DNA from: a virus
DNA length: 64,000 nt
IMG/VR virus record: IMGVR_UViG_3300016476_001169
Span: 32,001-96,000 of that record
Reading direction: 5' to 3' (one strand)
Under the pieces are notes generated by a model, which worked only from the letters and a program-made list of their open reading frames with translations, searched no databases and was not told the DNA's origin. Every line of letters begins with the position of its first letter. The first letter of the stretch is position 1. Of the stretch, positions 21,096 to 32,242 are shown piece by piece. The position numbers and the translations under genes are program-made.

Positions 21096-22055
21096 TTAAA
21101 AATCCTCATCTGTCGCAAATGACTTTTCTTCCTTAACGCCTACACCACTCTTGGAGTATTCACTTACACGCTTCTCAAAGAAGTTTGTCTTGTTTTCCAT
21201 GGCAATATTCTTCATGAAATCGAATGGATTCTCAGAATTATAAATCTTGCCAACACCCAAATCAACAAGCAAGCGATCGGAAACATACTCTAAGTATTGC
21301 TTCATCAAATCAGAGTTCATACCAATCAAAGATACTGGCAATGATTCTGAAATAAATTCTTTCTCAATCTCAAGTGCCGAACCAATGATCTCAATTAGGC
21401 GATCTTTAGAAAGCTTGTTTTCAATGTGATTGTTATAAAGATGGACAGCAAAGTCTGTGTGCAAGCCTTCATCACGAGAAATAAGCTCATTGGAGAATGA
21501 AAGACCTGGCATCAAACCACGCTTCTTAAGCCAGAAGATAGAACAGAAAGAACCTGAAAAGAAGATACCTTCAACAGCTGCAAAAGCGATCAATCGCTCA
21601 ACGAAAGATTCAGAACCAATCCACTTAAGGGCCCATTCAGCCTTCTTCTGTACAGCAGGGACTGTATCAATTGCGTTGAATAGGTGATTTTGCTCAGCCT
21701 TATCCTTGATGTATGTATCAATTAGAAGAGAATAAGTTTCAGAATGGATATTCTCCATCATGATCTGAAAACCATAGAAGAACTTAGCTTCTGTATATTG
21801 AACCTCAGATACAAAGTTTTCTGCAAGGTTCTCATTTACAATTCCATCGCTTGCAGCGAAGAATGCCAATACATGCTTTACAAAGTGCTTTTCGCCTTCA
21901 TTTAGCTTTTCCCAGTCAGCCAAGTCTGCAGAAAGGTCAATCTCTTCTGCTGTCCAGAAGGAAGCTTCAGCCTTCTTGTAATAATTCCAAATGTCATGAT
22001 GCTGAAGTGGGAACAATACAAAACGGTTCTTATTCTCAACTAAAATCTTTTCCAT
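21096..22055 (-). CDS. nrdB: ribonucleotide reductase class Ia beta subunit
   Basis: [42 protein letters not shown]. Confidence 0.97.
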   Translation of the reverse strand: MEKILVENKNRFVLFPLQHHDIWNYYKKAEASFWTAEEIDLSADLADWEKLNEGEKHFVKHVLAFFAASDGIVNENLAENFVSEVQYTEAKFFYGFQIMMENIHSETYSLLIDTYIKDKAEQNHLFNAIDTVPAVQKKAEWALKWIGSESFVERLIAFAAVEGIFFSGSFCSIFWLKKRGLMPGLSFSNELISRDEGLHTDFAVHLYNNHIENKLSKDRLIEIIGSALEIEKEFISESLPVSLIGMNSDLMKQYLEYVSDRLLVDLGVGKIYNSENPFDFMKNIAMENKTNFFEKRVSEYSKSGVGVKEEKSFATDEDF

Positions 22056-22395
22056 TTACGTTTCTTTCTTAGGTATTTTGAATCTTATAATTTTTACGGT
22101 AAGTTGAATAATACAACTAAAACAACACAATGCTTAACATGATTCAAAAATTTACATAATTTTATTTTATAAATTCTGGCAGCAATAGATGCCGCGTTTC
22201 TCAATAGAATTATGGTGCCAGAAAGAACTTTAAGGCACTTTTAGGCGATAAAAAAAGCCACCACCTAAAATAGCTTAGGTGTGACTAATTAAGGTACTTT
22301 GTAGTACCCTTTGCGCTTTAGAATCAGGTTAACAACAGACTTTATTTTACTAGTTTTGACACCATAGAACCTGTCTAAATTGTATTAAATTTTAA

Positions 22396-23286
22396 TTAAT
22401 TTGAACCTTTGAGAGGCACTTCTGCATAAAAAATTTTTTGCCTACCCCAGTCAATTGATTCTGCTAAAATTTCTCCATTTGGCCCCACAATTTGTGTATG
22501 TCCTTGGAAATACAAACCTGGTTTTAACCAGCCGCAGCAGTATGGCCTAACTATGGCTATTTGATTTTCTATACTTCTTTGAATTTGTGGGCTTTCTTTT
22601 TCTTTATCAAATGGATAATTAGGATAAGGCCTCCAACCGCCTGAAGGAGCAACTAAAAATTGGGCCCCTTTGTCACACATGGATTTAATGAAATTTGGAT
22701 CATCTAAATCATAACAAATTACTACACCTATTTTAAATTCTTTAGTTTCAATAGGCTCATCTGAATTACCTGGTTTAACACCCCATGAAGTTTCAATAGG
22801 TACGAGTTTATTCTTGCAATAACTGCCTGCTACAAAGCCATTATCGTCAAACACATAGCAAACATTGTAAATGCCATTAAATTTTTTTTCATAAATACTA
22901 CCAGATACAATTACAACATTGTTTTCAAAAGCTATTTGTGAGAATACTCGTTTGACAATGTCTGTTATTCTAGATTGCGCCAGCCATTCACCCATACCAT
23001 TCAATTTTATTATTGAAAATAACCAATCTGAAAATCGCTCTAGCCAGTTTTTTAAACCGAGGGGCTGAAAGGTTAATTCGTTCCCGTTTCTTATTTGCTG
23101 TATTCGATAGCTTTCTTTAGCCCAGGCTAGACAAAAACCAAGATCTTCTGGGAAAACAACAACTTGAGCCCCATTTTTAACAGCTTCTTTGGTAAGATTA
23201 TTAATCAGATTGAAAAACTGTTTTTCATTCTTGCATTGAACCAAATCTAATTGAACCGCAGCAACTTTGATTTTCATTTTATTCAC
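22396..23286 (-). CDS. carbon-nitrogen hydrolase (nitrilase superfamily)
   Basis: KVAAVQ, VVFPE (Glu), YCKNKL (Lys), ICYD (Cys): complete catalytic triad. Confidence 0.9.
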   Translation of the reverse strand: MNKMKIKVAAVQLDLVQCKNEKQFFNLINNLTKEAVKNGAQVVVFPEDLGFCLAWAKESYRIQQIRNGNELTFQPLGLKNWLERFSDWLFSIIKLNGMGEWLAQSRITDIVKRVFSQIAFENNVVIVSGSIYEKKFNGIYNVCYVFDDNGFVAGSYCKNKLVPIETSWGVKPGNSDEPIETKEFKIGVVICYDLDDPNFIKSMCDKGAQFLVAPSGGWRPYPNYPFDKEKESPQIQRSIENQIAIVRPYCCGWLKPGLYFQGHTQIVGPNGEILAESIDWGRQKIFYAEVPLKGSN

Positions 23287-25638
23287 CTAAAAAAATGTAA
23301 TTGTAGGATGTCTTCTTGGCGTTGGCTGATTGCCATAGGTTTGAACTGCACCAATGTCGAGTTTCTGGCTTGAGGTAGTGCCTGGAAAATTAGTAGGATA
23401 TGCTATACCAACCAAAGCAGAACCACTGCCAGTTGTTGTATTTAAAGTAAAATCTACATAATCAACGCCTAAATGAACATAAGGGGATGATGTTAATAAA
23501 ATTTCATCTGTTTGATATAAATAGGGTGGGTTTGACTCAAAAGTATTACCAGCGTTGTTATAGTATGCATTTCTTATAACTTTGGCCATTGAAAACGAAA
23601 GTGGAAAATCACCATCGGCAAGAATCCCATGGTCGCCGCCATTTGTAAATAAACTATTACTAATAATAAAACGCCCGGATGGATAAACTTTAACCCCGGA
23701 TTTTGAACATTGATTGGCAGTTATAAAATTAATTCTTAAGTCAGTGCATTCTTGGGCGATAATCCCATTGCCATGGCTGGTCAAAGAACCGCTAACATCA
23801 TGAATGATAGTATGATCGACTCTCAAGCTCAATTGGTAGCCATAAATTCCAACACCAACTATATTATCAAAAACACATCCGCTAATAGTTACATGATTTG
23901 CAGAATCTGCATAGAAGCCAGCGGATGTAGTGTTTGCACCTACGATGTGGCTTATACGGCTGTTCTCAATCCAAATTGCTTGCTGGTTTCCCGATCCTAA
24001 TACTATGCCGCTATCTAAAGAATTGTGAAGCCAACAGTGTGAAATTAAAAAACTTTTATCTGTTGTTGATACTAATTTTTCAGCAAAATAATTTCCATCT
24101 ATTTCTATATTTAAAACTTGCAAATCATGCTCTCTAATAAACAAAGCGCCAAGACCAGCCATGGAAAATTGAAGGGGATCTACAGTGTCATCAACTAATA
24201 AAATGGGTTTCTCGCCCAAATCATAGTGAAATACTTCATAACCAGAGAGAGACAAATCCCAAAGCTCAAGCGGTGACGTCAATACATACGTTCCAGATTG
24301 TACATGAGCTATGCCTCCAATGTTATAGAGCTCTGCGCCCTCAGATAATGCATAAAGATTGTTAACAGCACCACCAATTACACCATAGCCACCAGTAGCA
24401 CCATCTTCTGCAACGTATAAATCTGAAGCTATGACTGCGGCTTGACCATTCGTTACATTTAAAATCTCGAAACGATGGTCCCCTTTATTAACTATAAAAC
24501 TAGAATAATCGCCATCGCCCCAAGCTGAAGCTGAATTCCAAGCAGCATCTATTGCGACTGCGATGCCAGTATCTACATTTGACCATGAAGAGAGGCCTGA
24601 GTTGTACACAAACAAATGGTGATCATTTAAATTCTGAAAACCAGTAGATACTTTTCTGCCGATTTTAATATAATCGGTTAAGCTTGGAGTACCATCTAAA
24701 TAAAATACAATCCAATATCTTCCTGGGGCCAAAGTTGAATTGATACTTACACTAACCCAATCAGGACTTGCTGATAATGTAGCTGCGCCAACAACGCCAA
24801 AATCTATAACTGTGCCAGATGGAACTCCTGCATTATCATCTCTAAGTTCAATGTAAATGTCACCCACTGGAGAACCCTGAGCCCACATGACTATCGACAA
24901 TTGCTTGAAAGTTTTAGTTGAATCAATGTCAAACCAAGCGGCCATTGGCTCAGTTGAAGTCTTTGCCATTTCAGTGATTGTGGTGTTGCTAACCAAGCTT
25001 GCGGAGCGGCTTTTGAAACCTATGTGATTATTTTGAACATAAATAAAATTACCTATGTCGTCTGAAATAAAATCTCTTGTTGGGCTTGAAAGAAACTTCA
25101 TAGTTCCTTTGTAAGGTAAATTTGTTATTTGCTGGAAAGATGTACTAAAAGTATTTAAAGTTAAATCTACACCAAGATTTGTTGCAACTGCACCACCACC
25201 ATAATTTTGGAATTGTCCAAAAGCAATTGAACTTGCGAGGGGCCTCAAAAATACTTGATAATGTTCATAAGGGTAGCCTGGCCCTACTGGCGAGGTAATA
25301 ATAAGCCTAGCATTATTTGGTATAAAGTCAGCTGTTTCAACCATTTCGCTTGACGCAACAACTTCACCATCGCCACCAATAACAACAAAACGGATGCCTA
25401 TCCAATAAGTGTCTCCTGCAAAAGACCCCATGCCTGGCATAATGGTATAAGAAGCGTAATCTGGCTTGTAAGGCGATACTGGTTGGTTTAATTCTAAATC
25501 ATTGATGACAACTGTTTGGTAAGTGGTACCATAAGAATAATTGGGGCCAGCATTTGGGTTAAAAGGATTAAACGCAGAACCAGCCTCTTGGCTGCCTGTC
25601 GTTTTCACTTCCCATTCTATGCTGTGATTAATAGCCAT
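23287..25638 (-). CDS. virion/tail protein with C-terminal right-handed beta-helix
   Basis: pectate-lyase-like repeats (ISGCVFDN, VDHTIIHD, ISNSLFTN), terminal DIGAVQ, internal beta-sandwich (LAPGRYWIV). Confidence 0.7.
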   Translation of the reverse strand: MAINHSIEWEVKTTGSQEAGSAFNPFNPNAGPNYSYGTTYQTVVINDLELNQPVSPYKPDYASYTIMPGMGSFAGDTYWIGIRFVVIGGDGEVVASSEMVETADFIPNNARLIITSPVGPGYPYEHYQVFLRPLASSIAFGQFQNYGGGAVATNLGVDLTLNTFSTSFQQITNLPYKGTMKFLSSPTRDFISDDIGNFIYVQNNHIGFKSRSASLVSNTTITEMAKTSTEPMAAWFDIDSTKTFKQLSIVMWAQGSPVGDIYIELRDDNAGVPSGTVIDFGVVGAATLSASPDWVSVSINSTLAPGRYWIVFYLDGTPSLTDYIKIGRKVSTGFQNLNDHHLFVYNSGLSSWSNVDTGIAVAIDAAWNSASAWGDGDYSSFIVNKGDHRFEILNVTNGQAAVIASDLYVAEDGATGGYGVIGGAVNNLYALSEGAELYNIGGIAHVQSGTYVLTSPLELWDLSLSGYEVFHYDLGEKPILLVDDTVDPLQFSMAGLGALFIREHDLQVLNIEIDGNYFAEKLVSTTDKSFLISHCWLHNSLDSGIVLGSGNQQAIWIENSRISHIVGANTTSAGFYADSANHVTISGCVFDNIVGVGIYGYQLSLRVDHTIIHDVSGSLTSHGNGIIAQECTDLRINFITANQCSKSGVKVYPSGRFIISNSLFTNGGDHGILADGDFPLSFSMAKVIRNAYYNNAGNTFESNPPYLYQTDEILLTSSPYVHLGVDYVDFTLNTTTGSGSALVGIAYPTNFPGTTSSQKLDIGAVQTYGNQPTPRRHPTITFF

Positions 25639-25723
25639 TATCTACCAATTTCCGCAATCTTGATTGCTGCTGTTATGTCTTTAACTTGTAAATCAATATT
25701 TATCATAATGTTATACCTTAAAG

Positions 25724-28700
25724 CTAAAATTCAGTATCACAACTGACTTTCCATTGCCCGTAAGCATCACCAGCGGTGGTCACTGATGTTATGAATCTAA
25801 AACTATCACCTCTAAAATTGGAAGAGTCTACAGTTAAAGATCCCAAATTTACACTTTCATCAGTACTCAACACTGTTAGAACAGGTGAGCTAATGGGTCT
25901 GGCAGCAGTATTTAAATAAGCACTTCCTCTAAGGCCGCCTCCAGTAGTATTGTATCCACCTGTCCTTACTTCAGTGATTTGATAATATCTTTGACATAAA
26001 GAAAATTCATGACCATAATTTCTTCTTTCATAAGGTGTAGCTACTGAGCCTATTTCTACTTGGATACCTGTTAAATATAAAGTAGCGTTTAATGTACCAA
26101 TTAAATTAACTAATGAACCACTTGGCCCATGATAATTTGCTGATGCCCAAGTAGATGCTGTTCCTTGAAATGTACTTCCATTAGCAATTACAAAAATAAA
26201 TTCGATACCATTTAAGTGATCATTAGTCCACGTTCCTGATGTGTCTCCTGGAATAACTATTGTTTTCTTTTCCCAAGTGTTAGAAGCACTTATTGTGTAA
26301 GTAAAAGGATAACTTCTATTAAATGTACCATGGTTGCGAACTGAACCACCAAATGTACCTGTTAAGCTGCTATAAGCCCAAAAAGACAATGTGACAGTTT
26401 TGGCGTTAGCTGTACCCCATTGAAAATCAATAGTATTAGTTCCTTCGATAACATGTGATAAGAAATTATAATCACCAGCACCCGGAGAAGTTGTAGTAGT
26501 AGTTTTCATGCCTATGTAAGAAATGAATCCATCAGGAGAAGCAACTCCACCATAATTTTTACCAACAGTTAATCTTCCAGACCCATTAATGTTCATCTTC
26601 CATCGGTCAATAAAATTGGAAGTACTTGATGGAGTTGTGGATGCCGCACTATTTCTTTGATCTATGTTTCCATCACCATTAATAATTCTATTTCTAAACC
26701 CTGTATTGTAAGCAGTGATTGCATTTGAATTTTGATAAAGATTACCACCTACATACAGAGATTGCCCAATACCAGCACCACCCGAAACCACCAAAGCGCC
26801 TGTCGTTGATGAAGTAGAAGCTGTTGTAGCTGCAATTGTAGTTTTACCACTGTAATCTACTTTAAAAATACTAGAGCCAAAGTTTTGTAAATCAATTTGA
26901 TTACCAACAAAACTAGTCGCTGTATTAACAGCGATAATTGTTCCACTTGTAGATCCAGTAAAGTCGCCCAAGGCTGGAGTTTCTGCAGTAAAGGCTGAAC
27001 CAATTTGCAAAACAGCACTTATTGATGTTGCAGTAGGCGTTGCAGACAAATTAAATGAATTATTTGTGGTATTCCAAGATGCATAAGTAGCTCCCCCGAA
27101 AGAACTAGCATTATTAAATTGAATTTGCCCATTGCTGCCTGCCGGAGAGCCTCCCGATACTGTCGCCCAAGTTTGGTCGCCTCTTAAAAAAGTTGTTGTT
27201 GTGGCTGTGCCTGTGGCAAGTCGGGCTGTTGCAATTGTTCCTGATGTAATCTTGGATGCATCTAAACTTGGTATGTCAGCTGCAACCAATGCCCTAAATG
27301 CGGGCGTAGTCGCTGAACCTGTTGTGGGGCCCGCTAATACATAATTAGCAGAAGTTGCTGCCAGGGTGGCTGTCAATGTCCCAGTTGTAGTGACTGTAGA
27401 AGTTGAAACAGTGAATATATTTGGCAAGCTTAATCCAACGCTTGTTACACCTGTATTCGAAAGAGTGCCACCAGAAAAACTTAAACCTGTAGAAACTGTA
27501 GCATTACTAAAACCCCCAGCATTGTTTCCATATAATAAAGAAGAACCAGTAGTTTGCGGGGCGTAATTCAATGAAGGTATGTCAGCCGCAACTAAAGCTC
27601 TGAAAGCAGGCGTTGTAGCCGACCCAGTCGTTGGTCCTGCGAATACATAATTGGCAGAAGTTGTAGACAAAGTGGCTGTTAATGTTCCAGTTGTCGTAAC
27701 TGTAGAAGTTGAAATTGTAAAGATGTTTGGCAAACTTAAACCAACACTTGTCACACCTGTGTTAGATAAAGTTCCCCCAGAAAAACTTAAACCTGTAGAA
27801 ACTGTAACATTGCTAAAACCACCAGCATTGTTGCCGTATAAAATAGATGTTCCTGTTGTTTGTGGAGCGTAATTCAATGAAGGTATGTCTGCTGCGACCA
27901 AGGCTCTAAATGCAGGAGTCGTAGCCGAACCTGTTGTGGGGCCTGCAAATACATAGTTAGCAGAAGTTGTTGAAAGAGTTGCTGTTAATGTTCCAGTTGT
28001 AGTAACTGTTGAAGTTGAAAGAGTGAAAATATTTGGCAAACTTAAGCCTACACTGGTTACACCAGTATTAGATAAAGTTCCACCTGAAAAACTCAAACCT
28101 GTAGAAACTGTAACATTACTAAAGCCACCAGCATTGTTGCCATATAATAAAGAGGCCCCTGATGTTGGAGGTGCATAATCCACGCCAGAAGAAGCTGCTG
28201 TAAAGGCAGATGTTCCAGAGCCTTTTACCAGACCCGTGATAGAAGAAGTACCTGTACCACCACGAGATACAGAAAGCTCTCCAGACCATGTTATTGTATG
28301 AGTATTCGCGACACTACTACTAACAACAGTAACATTAGTGTCATTGACAAATGTTTGTGTACTACCAGTAACAGTGTTTAATGATGTAATACCAGAAGAT
28401 CCTGGACTTGCAGCTGAAATGGTGATTGAGTTTGTGCCATGAGTAATGGTTACATTTGAACCAGCAGTTAAAGTTTTATATTCTAAACCAGAAGCGCCAT
28501 TGTTTACACCCAATAAGGAATTTGAAGTGCCTAATGTCCCTAAACCTGTTCCGCCACGGGATGTGCCTAACTCTCCAGACCATGTTATTGTATGAGTATT
28601 CGCGACACTACTACTAACAACAGTAACATTAGTGTCATTGACAAATGTTTGTGTGCTTCCAGTAACAGTGTTTAACGATGTGATGCCAGAAGACCCAGGG

Positions 28701-31459
28701 CTTGCAGCCGAAATGGTTATTGCATTTGTCCCATGAGTAATAGTTACATTTGAACCAGCAGTTAAAGTTTTATATTCTAAACCAGAGGCCCCATTATTTA
28801 CACCAAGCAAAGAATTCGAAGTGCCTATTGTTCCTAAACCTGTACCACCCCGAGAAGTGCCCAATTGTCCAGACCATGTTATGGTGTGAGTATTTGCAAC
28901 ACTGCTGCTCACAACAGTAACATTAGTATCATTAACAAATGTTTGCGTACTGCCAGTAACAGTATTGAGCGATGTAATGCCTGAAGAGCCAGGACTTGCA
29001 GCTGAAATGGTTATTGAACTTGTACTATGAGTAATGGTTACATTTGAGCCAGCAGTTAAAGTTTTATATTCTAAACCAGAGGCCCCATTATTTACACCTA
29101 ATAAGGAATTCGAAGTACCTAATGTTGATAAGCCTGTACCGCCATAAGATGTTGCCAGTGGGTGATTTGTTAATGACAGTGTACCTTCTATGGTAACATC
29201 TTTTTTGGCTGTAATCAGTCCTGCCCCATCAATACGCAAACGCTCGGTTGATAATTCTTCGCCTTCAGCATCGGTATAGAAAACGATGTCACCATAAAGG
29301 TATCCGCTACCAAGCGTAGGACTCGTTTTTTCAATTATTTTAATGCCAGCAAAATGTGTAATGTCATCAGATTTTTTAATACCAAATTGAATGGAGCCTG
29401 TGGTACCCGTGTAAGTAAATACACTTGGATCGCCGCCAAAATAACCATCTGAGCCAGTGTAGAATTTTTGACTTACAGCACTGCTTGAGAATGTCTTTTG
29501 GCCTGCAAAAGACTGTGAGCTAGTTGACACAACACCTCTAGCTGAAGTGCCAGCATCTGGTAAATTAAATGTGTGTGTGGTAGATGTCGATGTAATTCCA
29601 AAATCAGAACCTGAAGTACCAACGGCAAATGTCTGAGAAGTGCCTGTTAAAGAATTTAAACTTGCTAAACCTGTTGCTGCTACAGTGATTGAACCATTGC
29701 CATTAGTGACACTAATTCCAGAACCAGCCGTAATAGTTGATAGTGTAAATGTGCCAGAAGTGTTACCTATTAGTAATTGTCCACTAGTTGCAGATGTAAC
29801 TCCTGTACCGCCATTTGGAACTGATAATTGTGTGCCTAAATTAAGGGCCCCTCCAATACCAACCCCACCTGTTACAACTAATGCACCAGAGGTTGTTCCT
29901 GTTGAAGCCGTATTAGACCCCAAATTTAATTTTTGTGTAGTAACTTCGCCTGCTGAAGACACCGCAAACTTACTAACATTGTTTAATTTGTAATCTGCAA
30001 AGTTGCCACCAAAACCAGATGAAATATTCGCACCATACACAGTGCCGTTCGCATCGCCATTGGAGAAATCATTCCCAACCAAAACGCTAACTGTTGTAGT
30101 ACTCCATGTTGGTGGTCCACTGGAAATTTTTAATCTATTACTAGTATCATCCCACTGTAAATGTGTTGCACTATCTATTGTGCTAGAGCTTGCAGAATAA
30201 TAAGCAACTCTATTGGCGGTACCAGAATTAACAGTACCTCCACCACCACTACCGCCAGTTGCAGCTATGGTAATAGTACCTGTAACTTCAACTCCGTCTA
30301 CATAAGCTGGCGTTTGTGTAATTGTGACATTTGAACCAGGCTGCAATGTTTTATAAACTAATTTACTGCCAGTGCTATCAACGGCAAGAATTTGATTACT
30401 TTCACCTAAAGTTCCTCTTCCTGTGCCACCACTGGAAATTGGCAAGATACCACCAAATCCAATAGTTGTGTTTACAGAAACAGTTGAACACTCTATTTGA
30501 ACAGTCCAGCCTGAAGCCCCCGTCCCAATGGCGTCTATAATAAGTCTTACTTCTTGGCCGCTATTTAAATTTTCATTAAATGTTGGTGTATTTGCCCTGT
30601 TGATAAATACTTCACGTTCCCCTGCAGGCAATGTGAGTGTAGCCAAGAAAACAGCTTCAGGAGCTGTTGGGTCAGGGAATGGCTGACCAGCTCCAGTAAT
30701 TTGAATACTAACAATAGAATCTTCTGTTGCTGAAAAATCTTCTACCTGGAAAATAATTCTAACAACTCTAAATACCAGAGCACTAACTCCATCAGAAGGA
30801 TCAAATGGGACTATCGCAACTTCTTGATCAGGCCCCAAAGATACAGGTGTCACACCATTTAAAAATCTAATAATAAGGGCCCTGTCAGGCAGTGGCAATA
30901 ATGAATTAACCCATTTATTCGATGTGCTATTAAATTTTAAAAATTGAGTATCTGAGGGGGATGATAGTGCCACATCATTTAAATCCCCTAGCCCAGAATT
31001 CCCACTAACAACACCTGACGAGGCTTTCAAAACACCATTTAAACTTCCAATGCTTAAAGAAGATGTTACAGTTGTAGAAACATTTAAAGATTTAGACCAA
31101 GACAAGTTACTACCTGTTGATTGCAACACCATGCCAGAAGTGCCACCAACTGCGAATCTAGTCCAGTCTGAGCCATTATAATAGAGAAGATCGCCTGTAG
31201 TTTGCCCCGGTACATTAAAAGCAGTGGAGTCAATAGATTGGCCATTGAATACTACATTGCCATTGAAATTTACAGTGTTGTTGAAATTATGTACGCCAGT
31301 CCACGTCGGCGAAAAAGAAGTATCTAAAAGTAATGAACCTGAGCTAGTTATGGGAGCATTATTAGGTAAATCAGTCTTGATTCCTAAGATACCACTAACG
31401 CTAAAACCAAACTCACCTAATTGTGTTTTTCTCGGTGGAACTATAAAGAATGTTGGCAT
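25724..31459 (-). CDS. long tail fiber protein
   Basis: 1911 aa S/T/G-rich; GGTG repeats, GALVVTGGVGIGG, C-terminal FRNRIINGD...CQRYYQ tail-fiber tip module. Confidence 0.88.
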   Translation of the reverse strand: MPTFFIVPPRKTQLGEFGFSVSGILGIKTDLPNNAPITSSGSLLLDTSFSPTWTGVHNFNNTVNFNGNVVFNGQSIDSTAFNVPGQTTGDLLYYNGSDWTRFAVGGTSGMVLQSTGSNLSWSKSLNVSTTVTSSLSIGSLNGVLKASSGVVSGNSGLGDLNDVALSSPSDTQFLKFNSTSNKWVNSLLPLPDRALIIRFLNGVTPVSLGPDQEVAIVPFDPSDGVSALVFRVVRIIFQVEDFSATEDSIVSIQITGAGQPFPDPTAPEAVFLATLTLPAGEREVFINRANTPTFNENLNSGQEVRLIIDAIGTGASGWTVQIECSTVSVNTTIGFGGILPISSGGTGRGTLGESNQILAVDSTGSKLVYKTLQPGSNVTITQTPAYVDGVEVTGTITIAATGGSGGGGTVNSGTANRVAYYSASSSTIDSATHLQWDDTSNRLKISSGPPTWSTTTVSVLVGNDFSNGDANGTVYGANISSGFGGNFADYKLNNVSKFAVSSAGEVTTQKLNLGSNTASTGTTSGALVVTGGVGIGGALNLGTQLSVPNGGTGVTSATSGQLLIGNTSGTFTLSTITAGSGISVTNGNGSITVAATGLASLNSLTGTSQTFAVGTSGSDFGITSTSTTHTFNLPDAGTSARGVVSTSSQSFAGQKTFSSSAVSQKFYTGSDGYFGGDPSVFTYTGTTGSIQFGIKKSDDITHFAGIKIIEKTSPTLGSGYLYGDIVFYTDAEGEELSTERLRIDGAGLITAKKDVTIEGTLSLTNHPLATSYGGTGLSTLGTSNSLLGVNNGASGLEYKTLTAGSNVTITHSTSSITISAASPGSSGITSLNTVTGSTQTFVNDTNVTVVSSSVANTHTITWSGQLGTSRGGTGLGTIGTSNSLLGVNNGASGLEYKTLTAGSNVTITHGTNAITISAASPGSSGITSLNTVTGSTQTFVNDTNVTVVSSSVANTHTITWSGELGTSRGGTGLGTLGTSNSLLGVNNGASGLEYKTLTAGSNVTITHGTNSITISAASPGSSGITSLNTVTGSTQTFVNDTNVTVVSSSVANTHTITWSGELSVSRGGTGTSSITGLVKGSGTSAFTAASSGVDYAPPTSGASLLYGNNAGGFSNVTVSTGLSFSGGTLSNTGVTSVGLSLPNIFTLSTSTVTTTGTLTATLSTTSANYVFAGPTTGSATTPAFRALVAADIPSLNYAPQTTGTSILYGNNAGGFSNVTVSTGLSFSGGTLSNTGVTSVGLSLPNIFTISTSTVTTTGTLTATLSTTSANYVFAGPTTGSATTPAFRALVAADIPSLNYAPQTTGSSLLYGNNAGGFSNATVSTGLSFSGGTLSNTGVTSVGLSLPNIFTVSTSTVTTTGTLTATLAATSANYVLAGPTTGSATTPAFRALVAADIPSLDASKITSGTIATARLATGTATTTTFLRGDQTWATVSGGSPAGSNGQIQFNNASSFGGATYASWNTTNNSFNLSATPTATSISAVLQIGSAFTAETPALGDFTGSTSGTIIAVNTATSFVGNQIDLQNFGSSIFKVDYSGKTTIAATTASTSSTTGALVVSGGAGIGQSLYVGGNLYQNSNAITAYNTGFRNRIINGDGNIDQRNSAASTTPSSTSNFIDRWKMNINGSGRLTVGKNYGGVASPDGFISYIGMKTTTTTSPGAGDYNFLSHVIEGTNTIDFQWGTANAKTVTLSFWAYSSLTGTFGGSVRNHGTFNRSYPFTYTISASNTWEKKTIVIPGDTSGTWTNDHLNGIEFIFVIANGSTFQGTASTWASANYHGPSGSLVNLIGTLNATLYLTGIQVEIGSVATPYERRNYGHEFSLCQRYYQITEVRTGGYNTTGGGLRGSAYLNTAARPISSPVLTVLSTDESVNLGSLTVDSSNFRGDSFRFITSVTTAGDAYGQWKVSCDTEF
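27240..29150 (-). repeat. two families of intragenic tandem repeats in the tail fiber (3 x ~100 aa and 3 x ~98 aa); bounds approximate
   Basis: three copies of LYGNNAGGFSN...PAFRALVAADIPSL and three of GGTGL..GTSNSLLGVNNGASG...THTITWSG. Confidence 0.9.
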
Positions 31460-31615
31460 AATCTTTTATTATTTTTCTTTTGAAATTAGTTTCAATTATT
31501 TTAATTTTACTGCAAATAAGAGGCAAAACCTACGAAGAGCATTAGTTTTTATTAAAGAGGCAACAAAGGTAAAATTCAACCAAAACTTTTAATATTAAAA
31601 TAAGGGAGTAAAAAA

Positions 31616-32242
31616 ATGCCTATTTCATTTGATGAAGCTTTAAAGTTTGTTTTGAAACAAGAGGGTGGTTATAGCAATCATCCAGCTGACAAAGGCGGTG
31701 CCACAAATAAAGGCATCATACAGTCAGTATACAATAGATATAGAAGAGATAAAAATTTAAGTATTAGGTCTGTTAAAGACATAGAAGATAAAGAAGTTAA
31801 AGAAATTTATGAAACCCAATATTGGGATAGAATAAGAGCACAATACATTAAAGCGCCATTGGGTCTTGTTTTGTTTGACACAGCTGTTAATTTTGGCGTT
31901 GGTGGGTGCATTAGACGATTGCAAAAAGCTTTAAATGTGCCTGTGACAGGCGCTTGGACACAAAACATAAGTGATGTAATTCACACATGCGATGCAGGTA
32001 AAGTTGCACTTGCTATTTGCAAAATGAGGATGGAGTGGCGAAATTATATTTCACAGCACGATCCTTCACAAAAAGTATTTCTTAGAGGATGGTTAAACAG
32101 AGACAATGCACTTGCCTCTGAAGTTAAAAGAATGATAGGTGCTGGGATTTTAGAAGTTGAAGATGAAGAATTCGAAGATGATGATTCTAGAGAATTTGAT
32201 GATACAACTCTAATTGATGTGGCGCAAGAGGATTTACGATGA
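31616..32242 (+). CDS. glycoside hydrolase family 108 lysozyme (endolysin)
   Basis: EGGYSNHPADKGGATNKGI, FDTAVNFG, FLRGWLNR. Confidence 0.92.
   Translation: MPISFDEALKFVLKQEGGYSNHPADKGGATNKGIIQSVYNRYRRDKNLSIRSVKDIEDKEVKEIYETQYWDRIRAQYIKAPLGLVLFDTAVNFGVGGCIRRLQKALNVPVTGAWTQNISDVIHTCDAGKVALAICKMRMEWRNYISQHDPSQKVFLRGWLNRDNALASEVKRMIGAGILEVEDEEFEDDDSREFDDTTLIDVAQEDLR

Noticed and set aside
18645-22055. Introns or inteins in nrdA/nrdB
   Set aside because: Both genes are uninterrupted and of normal length
22056-22395. NrdR boxes or riboswitch upstream of nrdB
   Set aside because: Only short hairpins; no convincing NrdR consensus or recognisable riboswitch core
25724-31459. Diversity-generating retroelement acting on the tail fiber
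   Set aside because: No reverse transcriptase and no template/variable repeat pair with adenine-specific differences seen
27132-31592. Plus-strand ORFs opposite the tail fiber
   Set aside because: Antisense shadows of S/T/G-rich codons
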